The notes below the pieces were generated by a model, which was given only the letters and a program-made list of their open reading frames with translations, was not told the DNA's origin and searched no databases. This document shows positions 12,718 to 23,550 of a stretch of 64,000 nucleotides of DNA, one piece after another; the first letter of the stretch is position 1; each line of letters starts with the position of its first letter. This DNA is from Azolla caroliniana (Eukaryota; Plantae; Polypodiophyta). The position numbers were made by a program, and so were the translations under genes. The stretch lies in contig JBHGNT010000001.1 of NCBI GenBank assembly GCA_043228905.1, positions 3,968,001 to 4,032,000 on the forward strand. The letters are read 5' to 3'.

Positions 12718-15700
12718 TATGAAATGAAATTAAGCCTAAAGTCACAAATGAAATGAAGGTTGCATTAATGAAGCCCTTTGACATTATGGAAATACATAAT
12801 GCACTTAGAGCTTTAAGTCTTACGTCTTGTCCAACGAAAGATGGAATTACTGCACATTTTTTCCTCAAATATTGGGAATATATGGGGAAGACTTAACGAA
12901 AGCTTATCAAAGAATTTTTGACACTAGGTACATGCCTCGTAGTATGGCAGTTGGCTTGATTTATTTAATACCTAAGGTTGAAGGTATATCAGATGATATT
13001 TGAAAATGGATACCAATAATTTTGCTAAATACAATATATAAAATCTTCGCAAAAACATTGTCATTGAGAGTGCAACCTTTCTTACATGATTTGATTCATA
13101 TCACCCAAACAGGTTTTATTCAGGAAAGAAGTATATTGGATAATTGTGGCTTGTAAGAAAAAAGAGGATTTAGTGATTTTAAAGTTCCTTCATGGTACTC
13201 TTGTAAGACTGGGTTTTCCGGAGAAATGGGTGATATGAGTGTCTTCTTTGTACAATTCAACGTGCAATTCTGTTTTGGCAAGAGGGGTTAAAGGTGATGG
13301 GTTTCAAATTTCCCAAAGTGTACGGCAAGGTTGTCCACTTGCACCATATTTATTTCTGCTTTTTGCTGAAGCGATGAGTTTGTTTTTGATTGTTGAACAG
13401 GTTGGATTGAAAGGAATAGCAATGCCCCTTGATGGGACAAATGTTGTCGATGTAAAATTTGCTGATGATACAAGTTTGTATCTAGATGATCAGATTAATA
13501 ATCTGCAGAAAATAAGTTATCCGTGGGACAATAAGTTAAAGGCGTGAAACGGATAGTAAAAGTAAAATGTGAAAGGGGACGAGTCGGTCAAGATAAAAGA
13601 ATCCGAGCACTAACAGTTCTAAACATAGGCCGAGGCTCAGGAGAGAGTAGTTGGAGTGCGCCGATGAAGGAGAGAGCTATATAAATCGTGAAGTGGCGAG
13701 AGAAAAAGAGAGACAGAAGATACCTCTAATGCGAGCCGGAGCAACTAAGAATATGAATTAAAATCTGTATTAGAATTAGAACTTTTTTCGTCCATAAAGA
13801 GGTCAATTTTGTACTGAGAGAGTGAGGGAAACTGATTATACTCATTTTGTACTACCATTGTATTATCTATTCAGTAATCAATTACTTATATTTTTGGGTT
13901 CATCTCTGTGCGTGTCTCCTTTTCAATTCCAATTCCAATTTTGCTATCTGTTGGGTAAGTCATGAGTAGGAATCCGTTGTAGTCGATTCTCAGAGTGTCT
14001 AACAAGAAGGGTGTAACGTCCAACCCCTACTCGGCCCTACCCTGGTCTCTTACGCGACCACAATTCGTTGACCGGATTACATCGAAGTACATAGCAGAAA
14101 ATGTACACAACAGTGCAAACATTTTGTATGGCTTTAGGTGCATCAATTAATTGGAATAAATCAATGGTTTTTTTTGTGTTCAAAATCCACAACTCCACAA
14201 GGGAGTCCTCATCTAGATTTCCGATGGATTCCCGAGGGCACTTCCGTTAGATATTTAGGATGTCATGTAGGTTTGAATATTTCTTCAAAAATTCAAGTTG
14301 CTTCTTTGCTATTGAAAATTAGAAAAAAACTATTGTTTTGGAGTAAAGCTAAACTATCATTTGTGGGTAGAGTGATAATCGTTAATCAAGTTTTGTTGTC
14401 TAGCCTCTAGTATATTATGTCATATTGGAGTTTTTCCAGGTCATGTATGGGACAATTACAAAGATTGACCCAGAATTATTTGTGGTCTGGTAATGATGGA
14501 AGCCATTCCAGGGCAAAGGTCTCTTGGTCCACCATTGTTAGGCCATTGGATCAGGGAGGACTAAGCCATTCGATCAGGGCAAAATTGGTGATTTGAGGAT
14601 TGTAGCCAGGATCAGAACCTTGGAAACAATGGTTGTTTTATGAATTGCAAAAGTTTTGTCCCAAAACTGGTGGGATTGGAGGCCTAGTTTTAGATGGGCT
14701 TTTACGGAACATAACAAATTGGCTATTGCCACAAATTGGGAAGACAGATTTGCTTGATCTTTTCTTAATGCATGGAAAGATGTTTCTCTTGATTTAGTTA
14801 AGACATTGCCAAAAACAGAATCGAAATTCCGTAGACAGCCCCTGATTTGGAATTCATGGTTGAATGACCAGAGAGGACAAATTTTGGGCCGATGTACTAG
14901 ATGTGCATGGGCAGAATTAGATTGTGGGCCAACACAGTCTATAGGTGCATGGACAACATTTCTGTCTAAACCTATATATCAACAAATGATACTGATTAGT
15001 AATATAAGGGGTGGGAAGATAATGTATTTTGCAATACAAAATGCCCTTTCTAATATTAAGATGCAAATTGGATCTGTGACACAGAAGTGAATGGGTTTAT
15101 TTACTCCATTTGATGTTTTAATTGGAGTTAAAGCCTATACTGGGGAACAAGAATGTATGAGTTTTGAGGAAAATGATTTGTTTAGGTTTTGTTTGCATAA
15201 AGATCATGGAAAGAACCAACTGCAAATGTTGTTTGGAGACGAAATCATTGGACTTTCTCCACAACATCTCAAACAATTTTGGAAATTGCTATGGGGTATA
15301 AAGATGAGTAGGAAAATTGTTTGTTTTCGATGGTTGTTGGTTCATAAAGCTATACCAGTTAATGGGTGGCGAAAAGGAAATGTAGACAATATGTGCCCTT
15401 TCTGTATGGATTTAATAGAGACAGCTAAACATTGTTTGTGGAGTTGTGATTTTGCTATGGACATATGGAAACGAATCATAAAATTATTAACTCCAATATA
15501 CCTTAGAGCGGTGTATACATGGGGTGCAGTATTATGGGTACATGATAAACCTATGGTATATGAACAGGAGGAGGTTGCAGATGCTATTGTGATGAGACAT
15601 GGTTTGATGGAAAAAAAATTGATCCTTTTGAATCCACAAATACAAACTGATAAACCTCAAATATGGCAATTGGTAAGTAGTATTACAATTTGGTATATTT

Positions 15701-16055
15701 GGAAGGCTCGATGTTTGAAGGTATTTCAAAATGTGACTGAAAGACCTGCCCAAATAATTTCGGGAATTTAGATAGAGATTGTGCATAATCTCATAGGGTT
15801 GTTGGATAGTATAAAAGGTAATACGCACCAAGTGGAGCTTAAGCGTTTGGAGTTTCATGCCATCTAGGATATAGGTATATTTTATAGATGGCTTTTTGAT
15901 AAGGTGGAGTGATTTTACTCAACACCAAAGTATTTATTTAAGCCGATGGTTAGAATTTAGAAAAATAGAGGGGATGTGTGGATATCTTGTATGTTTAGCC
16001 TTATGGCGTATTCTAATACTATACCCTAAACCCTAAATCCTTTTTTTGGAAAAAA
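12718..16055 (+). mobile_element. 5'-truncated, decayed L1-clade LINE (RT to C-terminal zinc finger)
   Basis: RT motifs SVRQGCPLAPYLF and FADD; KLSFVGRV; zinc finger CPFC..ETAKHCLWSC; IWYIWKARC. A-tail; 18-bp TSD AAAACTATTGGGAAGCAT (12700-12717, 16056-16073). Many stops and frameshifts. Confidence 0.93.
13514..14093. mobile_element. 580-bp LTR-like fragment inserted in the LINE RT
   Basis: Flanked by 9-bp direct repeat GCAGAAAAT (13505-13513, 14094-14102). Removing it restores NLQKMYTTVQTFC, collinear with NLQRAEHLVEDFC of the second L1. Contains a CTATATAAA TATA box; no TIRs or poly(A). Confidence 0.75.
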
Positions 16056-16384
16056 AAAACTATTGGGAAGCATAGATATGCCAATGTAAACATGGTATGG
16101 TAAGCATATGCACCACTACCATAAGCGACATTAGTAATGACAAATGGAAGTGGTGCCCCCCATTTGGGTGGGCATCAGATCAAGAAAGAAATCAACGTGT
16201 GATGTCCATGGCGATACAATGAGAACCAAGTGGTGTGTGTTTTATACAAAGGGAAACGACTAGGCTTGGGAAAAATGGTCCCTATAGGATAGGCAAAGCC
16301 TTGTGCTAGTGCCGAAAAGGATCACTTGCTATACACTTGGGCTCCCTAAGTGTGGAAGGCCCTTCCTTATAAACAAACAGTTTC

Positions 16385-19300
16385 CTAACGACCTGACAAC
16401 TGAGCTTTGCAGTACTCTAGCTCAAAGACAGCACCAGGGGAGGGTGGCTCCATGGCCAGAGGATCCTTCCATTTGTTGTTGCCATTATACAGAAGATGCT
16501 TGGAAGACGAAGATGACGACGATGTGTGGCGAAGACCATCTCCATGGCCCCCTTGCCTCCATGCCTCCTCGAGTATGGTCACAACCTCCTTCATGTTGGG
16601 CCTCTGTGAAGCTATGGGACTTGTACACCTCAATGCTAGCTTCAACACCACCAACATCTCGTGCTCCTCGGCTTTGCTTTGCATCGGAACGGAATTCTCG
16701 ATGTCTCCTTTGGTCGTGTTGTAGAAGAGTAGGGAGCCCATCACTTCCTCCTTGGTCCTTAGCTTCCCAGTCACCCACTTCACTATGTCCACCCCCAATC
16801 CAAACTCCTCCGATATCGCCTTCTTCCCGGTTAAAAGCTCGAGTAGTACCACCCCGAAACTGTATACATCACACTTCTCCGTGATCTTGGAGGCATATCC
16901 CATCTCTACACATTTGTACCACAACAACAGACCGGTCACTCTCTCATCATTCAACAAACATATGATCATGCTTCTTATACACATAAAAAGTACATGCCTA
17001 AAGTACATACCTGGAGCCATATAGCCCACTGAACCAGCAAAGCCTGAAATGGTGAAACCCTTGTGGCTCCAGTAGTCATGGAGCACCTTGGCTAGCCCGA
17101 AATCGCCTATCCTTGCCTCATAGTCAGAGTCGAGTAAGATATTGTTGGGCTTCACATCGCGATGCACGATGGGGGGCACACAATCATGGTGCAAATAGGC
17201 CAACCCTCTAGATGTACCTAGAGCAATCTTAAACCGCGTGTTCCAATCCAAGGTCCCCGACTTAGTCCCGTGAAGAAGATCTCCAAGGCTACCATTTGGC
17301 ATGTATTCATATATCAGCAAGCTTGTATCTCTATTATTAGTGCAACAACATAGGAGTTTGACAAGGTTAGCATGCCTCACTTTGCCAATTGTGTCAATCT
17401 CAGCTTTGAAGCCATAGTCATGCTTATGGAGAAAGGAATGACCACCCAACTTGGTAGAGCTAGTGTTCATCCAAAGCCTCTTGATTGCTAGGGATTGCCC
17501 ATTCTTGAGCTTCCCGTGATACACTTGACCAGACCCTCCTTTGCCGATTAAGTTATCTTCATCCAAGAAGCTCAAAATCGTATATTCGTCGAAGCTCACT
17601 TTCTCAAAGGGAGTGAAGATCCATGTTGCATGTAACAGGGTGGTACTATGCTCCTTCATTCTTTGGTACTCTTTCTTTTGCTTGTAAAAGCAGTATAATC
17701 CAGTTACTAGTACAACTACAATAACTCCCATAGTGCCCGAGATCCAACCAACTTGGGGACCACCCTTTGTACCACTACAATGCTTTAAATTGGAAATGCA
17801 TAGATCCATGTTTCCTTCGAATGATTGCTCCATGAATGCTCCCCCAAGTTCGAACGGCAAACTCCCCGACAAATCGTTGTAGGAGACGTCGAACGATCTT
17901 AGCATATACTTCAAATTGGAGAGACTAGATGGAACTTCACCACTTAGATGGTTATGTGCGAGGTTCACTGAGCTTAAGAAATGGAGGACCCCCAAAGACG
18001 AAGGAATCGGACCAGTGAGCCGGTTGTAGGAAAGATCGATAACTGACATGTTGGTCACAGTTGCAAAGATATCAGGTATATGCCCAGAGAAGTCATTCTC
18101 CTGGAGGTTGATGGTCTGTAATGAATGACAATTTTGTAGAGAGATGGGAATAGATTCGGATAACAAGTTTCGGGATGCATCGAGAGTTAAAAGCAATGAG
18201 AGGAGGCCAATTGAAGATGGCAGGCTACCAGTGAATGCATTATTAAATATGTTGAGAGTGGTGAGTTGTGTGGCATCCCCTAGGCTAGGGGAGATAGAGC
18301 CACTAAGATTGTTATTATACAGTTCAAGTATAACCATCCTAGGCAAGGTCCAGAGGCCCGCTGGGACGGAACCGGAGAGTTGGTTTGTATGAAGCCGAAC
18401 ACGAACCAAGGTGTCACACAGCCCATACGCATCTGGTATAACCCCAGAGATGTTGTTAGAGAAGAAAATCAGCTTCATCAATGCCTTGCTATCACAAAGA
18501 TAAGGAGGCACAAGCCCATGGAGGAGGTTAGAGGAAACATCAAACTTGACCATGCTTCCACCTTGGCCTAATGTTGGAGGGATGGTGCCCACCAGTTGGT
18601 TCTGGAAGAGCTGGAAGACTTGCATACTCTTGATATTGGCTAGCTCCAATGGTATCTCGCCGGAGAGGCTATTGTTCCATAGGTTTAAGAGAGTTAAGTT
18701 AGTGAGGTTGCCAAGCTCAGTTGGGATGGGTCCTTCTAACTGATTGCATGACACATCAAGTTCAGTTAGTGTGGTCAAGTTACCAATGGTGGTAGGGATA
18801 GTGCCCGAGAACTTGTTGAAATAGAGCTCCAGCCTTTGTACAAGAGGCCACTGGAAAACTTGGGCGGGTAGGGGTCCCGAGAGATCGTTGTAAGACAAAT
18901 CAATGTGTTCAAGGTTTCGAAGGCCGGAAAGCCAAGCAGGGAAAGGTCCGATCAGATGGCAGGCGGCGCAATAGAGCCACACGAGTTCTGAGAGCTTGCT
19001 AAGCTCTTGTGGGAGGGGGGCATATGTGTAGTTATTCCAAGCTATGGACAAGTTCTTGAGGTGGGAAAGGTTGCCAAGGTTAGGGGGTATAAGGCCATTG
19101 AAGTTGTTATTCCAAGTGCTGAGATACTCTAAGCTAAGGAGATCGTCGCCAATGGTGGTTGGGAATTGACCCGTGAATGAGTTGCTTCCTAGATCAAGGC
19201 TTGTTAGGCTTGATAGGTTGGACCAAGTGTTGGGGTCATTGGGCAGGCTTCCATAGAAGTTGTTATAGCTTAGGTTGAGGATTGAGAGGGATCTGGTGCA

Positions 19301-19651
19301 GTTGAACAGGCCTACTGGGAACTCTTCACTGTATGAATTGTTGAACAAATTGAGCTCCACAAGGTTAGGCAAGGTGCATATAACGGTGGGTAATGGGCTC
19401 CTCAGTCCTCTTGATTGAAGGTCGAGATTTGTTATGGATCCATTGGAGGAGCAAATCACTCCTCCCCAATTGCAATAATCGGTGGAGGAATTAATGTCCC
19501 AATCGGATAGCCCTGTTCCCCCATCAATGGATTTGCTCTGTTCTTTGAAGCTCTGCAAGATTGCTAATTCTTGAGCACCCAATGAGGCAGTGATGAGGAG
19601 CAGATTGATGGAGATGATGAATGAGAGATTTGTTGGTGTGCTTGTATTCAT
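16385..19651 (-). CDS. LRR receptor-like kinase, subfamily XI, HAESA/HSL-like
   Basis: ATG 19651 followed by a signal peptide, CxWxGVxC cap, about 20 LxxLxLxxNxLSGxIP repeats and a TM helix. Kinase GKGGSGQVY/AIKRL/HRDVKPNN/DFG; GFKAEIDTIGKVRHANLVKLLCCC resembles HAE/HSL. One 105-bp intron 16906-17010 inside APE. Confidence 0.93.
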   Translation of the reverse strand: MNTSTPTNLSFIISINLLLITASLGAQELAILQSFKEQSKSIDGGTGLSDWDINSSTDYCNWGGVICSSNGSITNLDLQSRGLRSPLPTVICTLPNLVELNLFNNSYSEEFPVGLFNCTRSLSILNLSYNNFYGSLPNDPNTWSNLSSLTSLDLGSNSFTGQFPTTIGDDLLSLEYLSTWNNNFNGLIPPNLGNLSHLKNLSIAWNNYTYAPLPQELSKLSELVWLYCAACHLIGPFPAWLSGLRNLEHIDLSYNDLSGPLPAQVFQWPLVQRLELYFNKFSGTIPTTIGNLTTLTELDVSCNQLEGPIPTELGNLTNLTLLNLWNNSLSGEIPLELANIKSMQVFQLFQNQLVGTIPPTLGQGGSMVKFDVSSNLLHGLVPPYLCDSKALMKLIFFSNNISGVIPDAYGLCDTLVRVRLHTNQLSGSVPAGLWTLPRMVILELYNNNLSGSISPSLGDATQLTTLNIFNNAFTGSLPSSIGLLSLLLTLDASRNLLSESIPISLQNCHSLQTINLQENDFSGHIPDIFATVTNMSVIDLSYNRLTGPIPSSLGVLHFLSSVNLAHNHLSGEVPSSLSNLKYMLRSFDVSYNDLSGSLPFELGGAFMEQSFEGNMDLCISNLKHCSGTKGGPQVGWISGTMGVIVVVLVTGLYCFYKQKKEYQRMKEHSTTLLHATWIFTPFEKVSFDEYTILSFLDEDNLIGKGGSGQVYHGKLKNGQSLAIKRLWMNTSSTKLGGHSFLHKHDYGFKAEIDTIGKVRHANLVKLLCCCTNNRDTSLLIYEYMPNGSLGDLLHGTKSGTLDWNTRFKIALGTSRGLAYLHHDCVPPIVHRDVKPNNILLDSDYEARIGDFGLAKVLHDYWSHKGFTISGFAGSVGYMAPGMYFRHVLFMCIRSMIICLLNDERVTGLLLWYKCVEMGYASKITEKCDVYSFGVVLLELLTGKKAISEEFGLGVDIVKWVTGKLRTKEEVMGSLLFYNTTKGDIENSVPMQSKAEEHEMLVVLKLALRCTSPIASQRPNMKEVVTILEEAWRQGGHGDGLRHTSSSSSSSKHLLYNGNNKWKDPLAMEPPSPGAVFELEYCKAQLSGR

Positions 19652-22452
19652 GTTTGCCTTCTTATTGGGGGGTGGAATGTATTGCTCATGAGAAATGGCT
19701 AGCCAGCAAGATCTCTCATAGAGAGGGACAGACAGAGAGAGCAAAAGGTGAGGCGGGGGGACAAACAAGCAGATTAAGTGAGAGAGAAAGAGAGAGGTCT
19801 TTTTATCTATGTGTGTATGTCTCTTAATCTGTTCCTTTGTCCGGACAGGTGTGAATTCATAATTCCTTTCCTCACATTTACTCTTCCAACTTCTTCTTCA
19901 TCATCATCATCTTCTTCGGCTTTGCCTTTCGCTCTTTTCGTCTTCGTCTTCGTCTTCATCATCATCATCATCTTCTTCTCGGAGCCTTTCGTGTCCCGGG
20001 TAGCAACTCCGCTCTTTGTCCCCTCGTGCTCTTGTTCGAGTCCATAATGCCGCGGCTTCATATTTTGGTAGCGCAGGATGATTCGGTTTTTAAATTCAAT
20101 AGGCAATTTGCCTCAACGTGTGCAAGCATTTAGGGCATTCACTATCTTCAAGTTTGAGGGGGATCATTTCTAAAAAAGTTTTATTTCATTAAATCTCGAC
20201 TCTTAAAAAGAAAATCATGAAGTGAAAACTCGAGGAAGGTATGTTTTGGTTGTGGATCTAGAACATGTTTCAACGCTACAAATTGTCTATCGTGTTTGGT
20301 TGTGGATTTCTAGTTGAATCTAGAACATGTTTGAAACCAAGAAGTTGTCTATCATGTTGGCAAGTGGTGACGGCCTTGGCATTCTTTTTCGGTGACATGT
20401 CACCATGGAACGAAAACAAGTTCGAAGTTTTGACTTGGCATTTTTGTGACGAAAGAGCGATGTATGATACCGTGGTCCATAGTATGACATTACGAATGTA
20501 TCACAACTACGATTACGAGCTAGTGCCTTGTCATAATGAACTTTTTGTTAGACACTTTTGTGTAGTTTTATAATTCCGCCAAGCCCCACCACCTTAATAT
20601 ATTCCTAACTTTCGGTCATTTTTGCTTTTACCAAGATTTGTGCCCCACTTCGAAGCAAGCGATGACATTTCATTCTACAACTACATAATTTAAAATTTCA
20701 TTATTCAAATATCCATTTCAATTAGAAGGGCTGTCCTTTCACATGAGCCGTGAAACATCCAACCACATTTCACAAAGGGTCTACCTCCACCTTTTTGTGC
20801 ACTGTGTATATGTTTTTAAGCGGCATGTTATTCAAAACATTGCTTCCCAATATCCATTTTCTTGGTTCTCATTAATGTGGCCAAAACCATATTCTATGTC
20901 CTCAATATACCACGAGATAAAGAAAATTGATACATCATAGTCATTACAACCAACATCGGTTCTACAATTAGGCATAAACAAATATTAATCAAAACACGTT
21001 CACGTTTTAAACAAATATTGCTATAGCATATAATTTGATACAAAGGTTGTTTCTAAAAAGAGTTCTACGATATCAAACAACTAATATTTTCGATAAAACG
21101 GTGTCATGTAAGTCAAGCAAGTTGAAGATAATGACAAGTCTAGCTCAATTATTGCTCTTCTTCATGTTAGAATACCATTTTCTAGCTTTGAGATTGCCAT
21201 ATTCTTTAATGAATTATTGGATGTCCCAAAACAAAATAAAATTTGAATAGAATGACCATGGATCAAGTTCATAGCTTTCAAAAGCCTAGTTGTGTTTTCC
21301 TCTATTTTCTAGATCTGCTAGTATAAGTCTACTAACTTGTACACTTGGGGACCTTCCACCAAGTTACAAAATGAACCCCATGTTTCATAACTATCGACAT
21401 TGGTACACTTGCATAGACCTAGTAAATCCTAAGTTCGCATCAAATGAGAGGTAATATGTTAGTTTAATATGGCCACTTGTAAGAATGGGTGATCATCGTG
21501 AACTTCATGGGCATTGGCCATGATTTGCAATATAAATTATAGAAAGATTGGTAGGAACAAACAAGCACATCTTGATAGATTATTAGACACCCCACAAACC
21601 GTTGCTCACCGAATCATGAGCTTACCTTATATCACATATGTATGTATTATGTATGGATGGATGGATGGTATCGTGACATATCTTGTGGTTTGCAACCTTA
21701 AGTTTGTGGAACCAAACCTCTAGTGAAGGGTTCAACATTGTTCATGCAGGCCGACATTTTGATCTTAAAAAAAGTGTAGTTGTTAGGTCAATCATATAAT
21801 TGGTGAAAGCATTCATTATTCCTTTCCAACCATCAACATAATGAGGGACCTAGTTAAGCCAAAGAGATGGATTGCATAACAAGACTGCAAAACCTCAAGA
21901 CACATATAGAAGCATGAAAACCATATATTTGGGTGAGGGAGTACTTTGAAGGTATATGTGACCCTCCATACTTTGATACATGATAATTGTTACCATACGT
22001 AGCTTCTTTTGTTTTTGCACGCACACGCAAGAGGGAGAGGGGGCTGAGGGAGTCTAAAAATCTCCCAAATGCCAACGAGAAAGAAAGGGAAAAGACAAAA
22101 GAAACAATATGAATAGAATAACATGGAGAGAAAAAAAGAAATTTACATTTTTTTTCGAATTATTCATTGGCAACTACTAGCCACCATTATTATAGACAAT
22201 CACATTGGGGTCATGCTTGCCTGCTTAACTAATGTACCACTATCGTGCTTTGCCAATCCTGGCACCATTTGTTTTCTATTATAATATTTTTGCTCATGCT
22301 TAATACATATGTATTATTGAAGAAATTTCAAAATGATGACCGATTGCTCATGGCTTGGAAGTTGAACTCACAACTTTACTTCACAACACTATCTTCTTCT
22401 TCTTTTTTCCATAAAACATATGCTCCATTGGTATTGATAAAAGGCCAGAGGC

Positions 22453-22745
22453 TCCTATGGTCGGTAGATCATCATCAGGGCCTCAATGGCACTACCAAGC
22501 ACCCCGATGGCTGTTTCCCCCAATAGTTTCCAATAGCGTCTATGTGCTGTAAATTTGTATAGTTATGGTACAAATAACTAGGTTATTGGAGTTGTTTGGA
22601 TACATTTGTTGAAAATGAGGTGGGGACTATGTCCGCTTTGGTGGGAAGGCCAGAGTGAGGGTTGTTGAGAGGAATTTTGAGAGTTCTATGATGTAATTTT
22701 GTTTGCTAACTAATGCGAAGTAGTGGTTTTTTTGGAAAAGAAAAA
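22453..22745 (+). mobile_element. ~290-bp 5'-truncated LINE 3' end
   Basis: Encodes PMVGRSSSGPQWHYQAPRWLFP, homologous to PMVMQGGSCPRWNYQPPRWLFP at the end of L1 ORF2 (~46450). CTAACTAATG..TTTTGGAAAA tail; TSD AAAAGGCYAGAGGC (22439-22452, 22746-22759). Confidence 0.88.
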
Positions 22746-23130
22746 AAAAGGCTAGAGGCAGTATATAATATTGTTTCGTCTCCACAAGTATATATTATCA
22801 AAGACAAGACCAAATATAAGCTTTGGCATTTGGCAAGATAAGGATAATTATAATCCATGAATACAACTCTCAGCCTTGCCAATAACGCCTTTGCTACGGC
22901 AAGCTAGAAAGACCACATATAAAGGTGAAAACAATCTCCAGCATGTAAAAACCAGTCAATGCTTCATCGAAACGTCCATTGTATCATGATTTCATTCCAA
23001 ATGGCCACATTTGTAGTTAGAAGCGTAGGAAACACATCTTCCTTTGACCCTTGTCATGGTCCCTAAAAAATTCCTGTTGCAGACAAAGTTAGCTGAAGTT
23101 GATTCCGCATATGCTAAAGCTCTTGATTGT

Positions 23131-23550
23131 CCACCCTGGCTGGTAGTTTGAAAACTTCATGTTTGCATTTGGTTACGCATGTACTGAAGACCATACTCAA
23201 CATATAAACAACATCTCAGAGTATCCAGCTTTTTTGAACTTCCTTTTTCCACATTAGCCCTCAACCTTTCACAACAGAAATGCCTACAAAAACAACCAGC
23301 TTTATAAATCTTGTAATGTGATCACTTTATCAACGACTTCCACCCTGGCTGGTAGTTTGAAAACTTCATGTTTGCATTTGGTTACACATGTACTGAAGAC
23401 CATACTCAACATATAAACAACATCTCAGAGTATCCAACTTTTTCGAACTTCATTTTTCCACATTAGCCCTCAACCTTTCACAACAGAAAGGCCTACAAAA
23501 ACAACCAGCTTTATAAATCTTGTAATGTGATCACTTTAACAACGAATTCC
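23131..23550. repeat. 209-bp tandem duplication (2 copies)
   Basis: Near-identical copies beginning CCACCCTGGCTGGTAGTTTG at 23131 and 23340. Confidence 0.95.

Noticed and set aside
19652-19768. N-terminal 39-aa extension of the receptor kinase ORF
   Set aside because: Non-ATG start; the ATG at 19651 gives a normal signal peptide.
19807-20106. 99-aa ORF upstream of the kinase as a uORF or peptide gene
   Set aside because: Low-complexity GAA/GAT repeats; no IDA/CLE-type motif.
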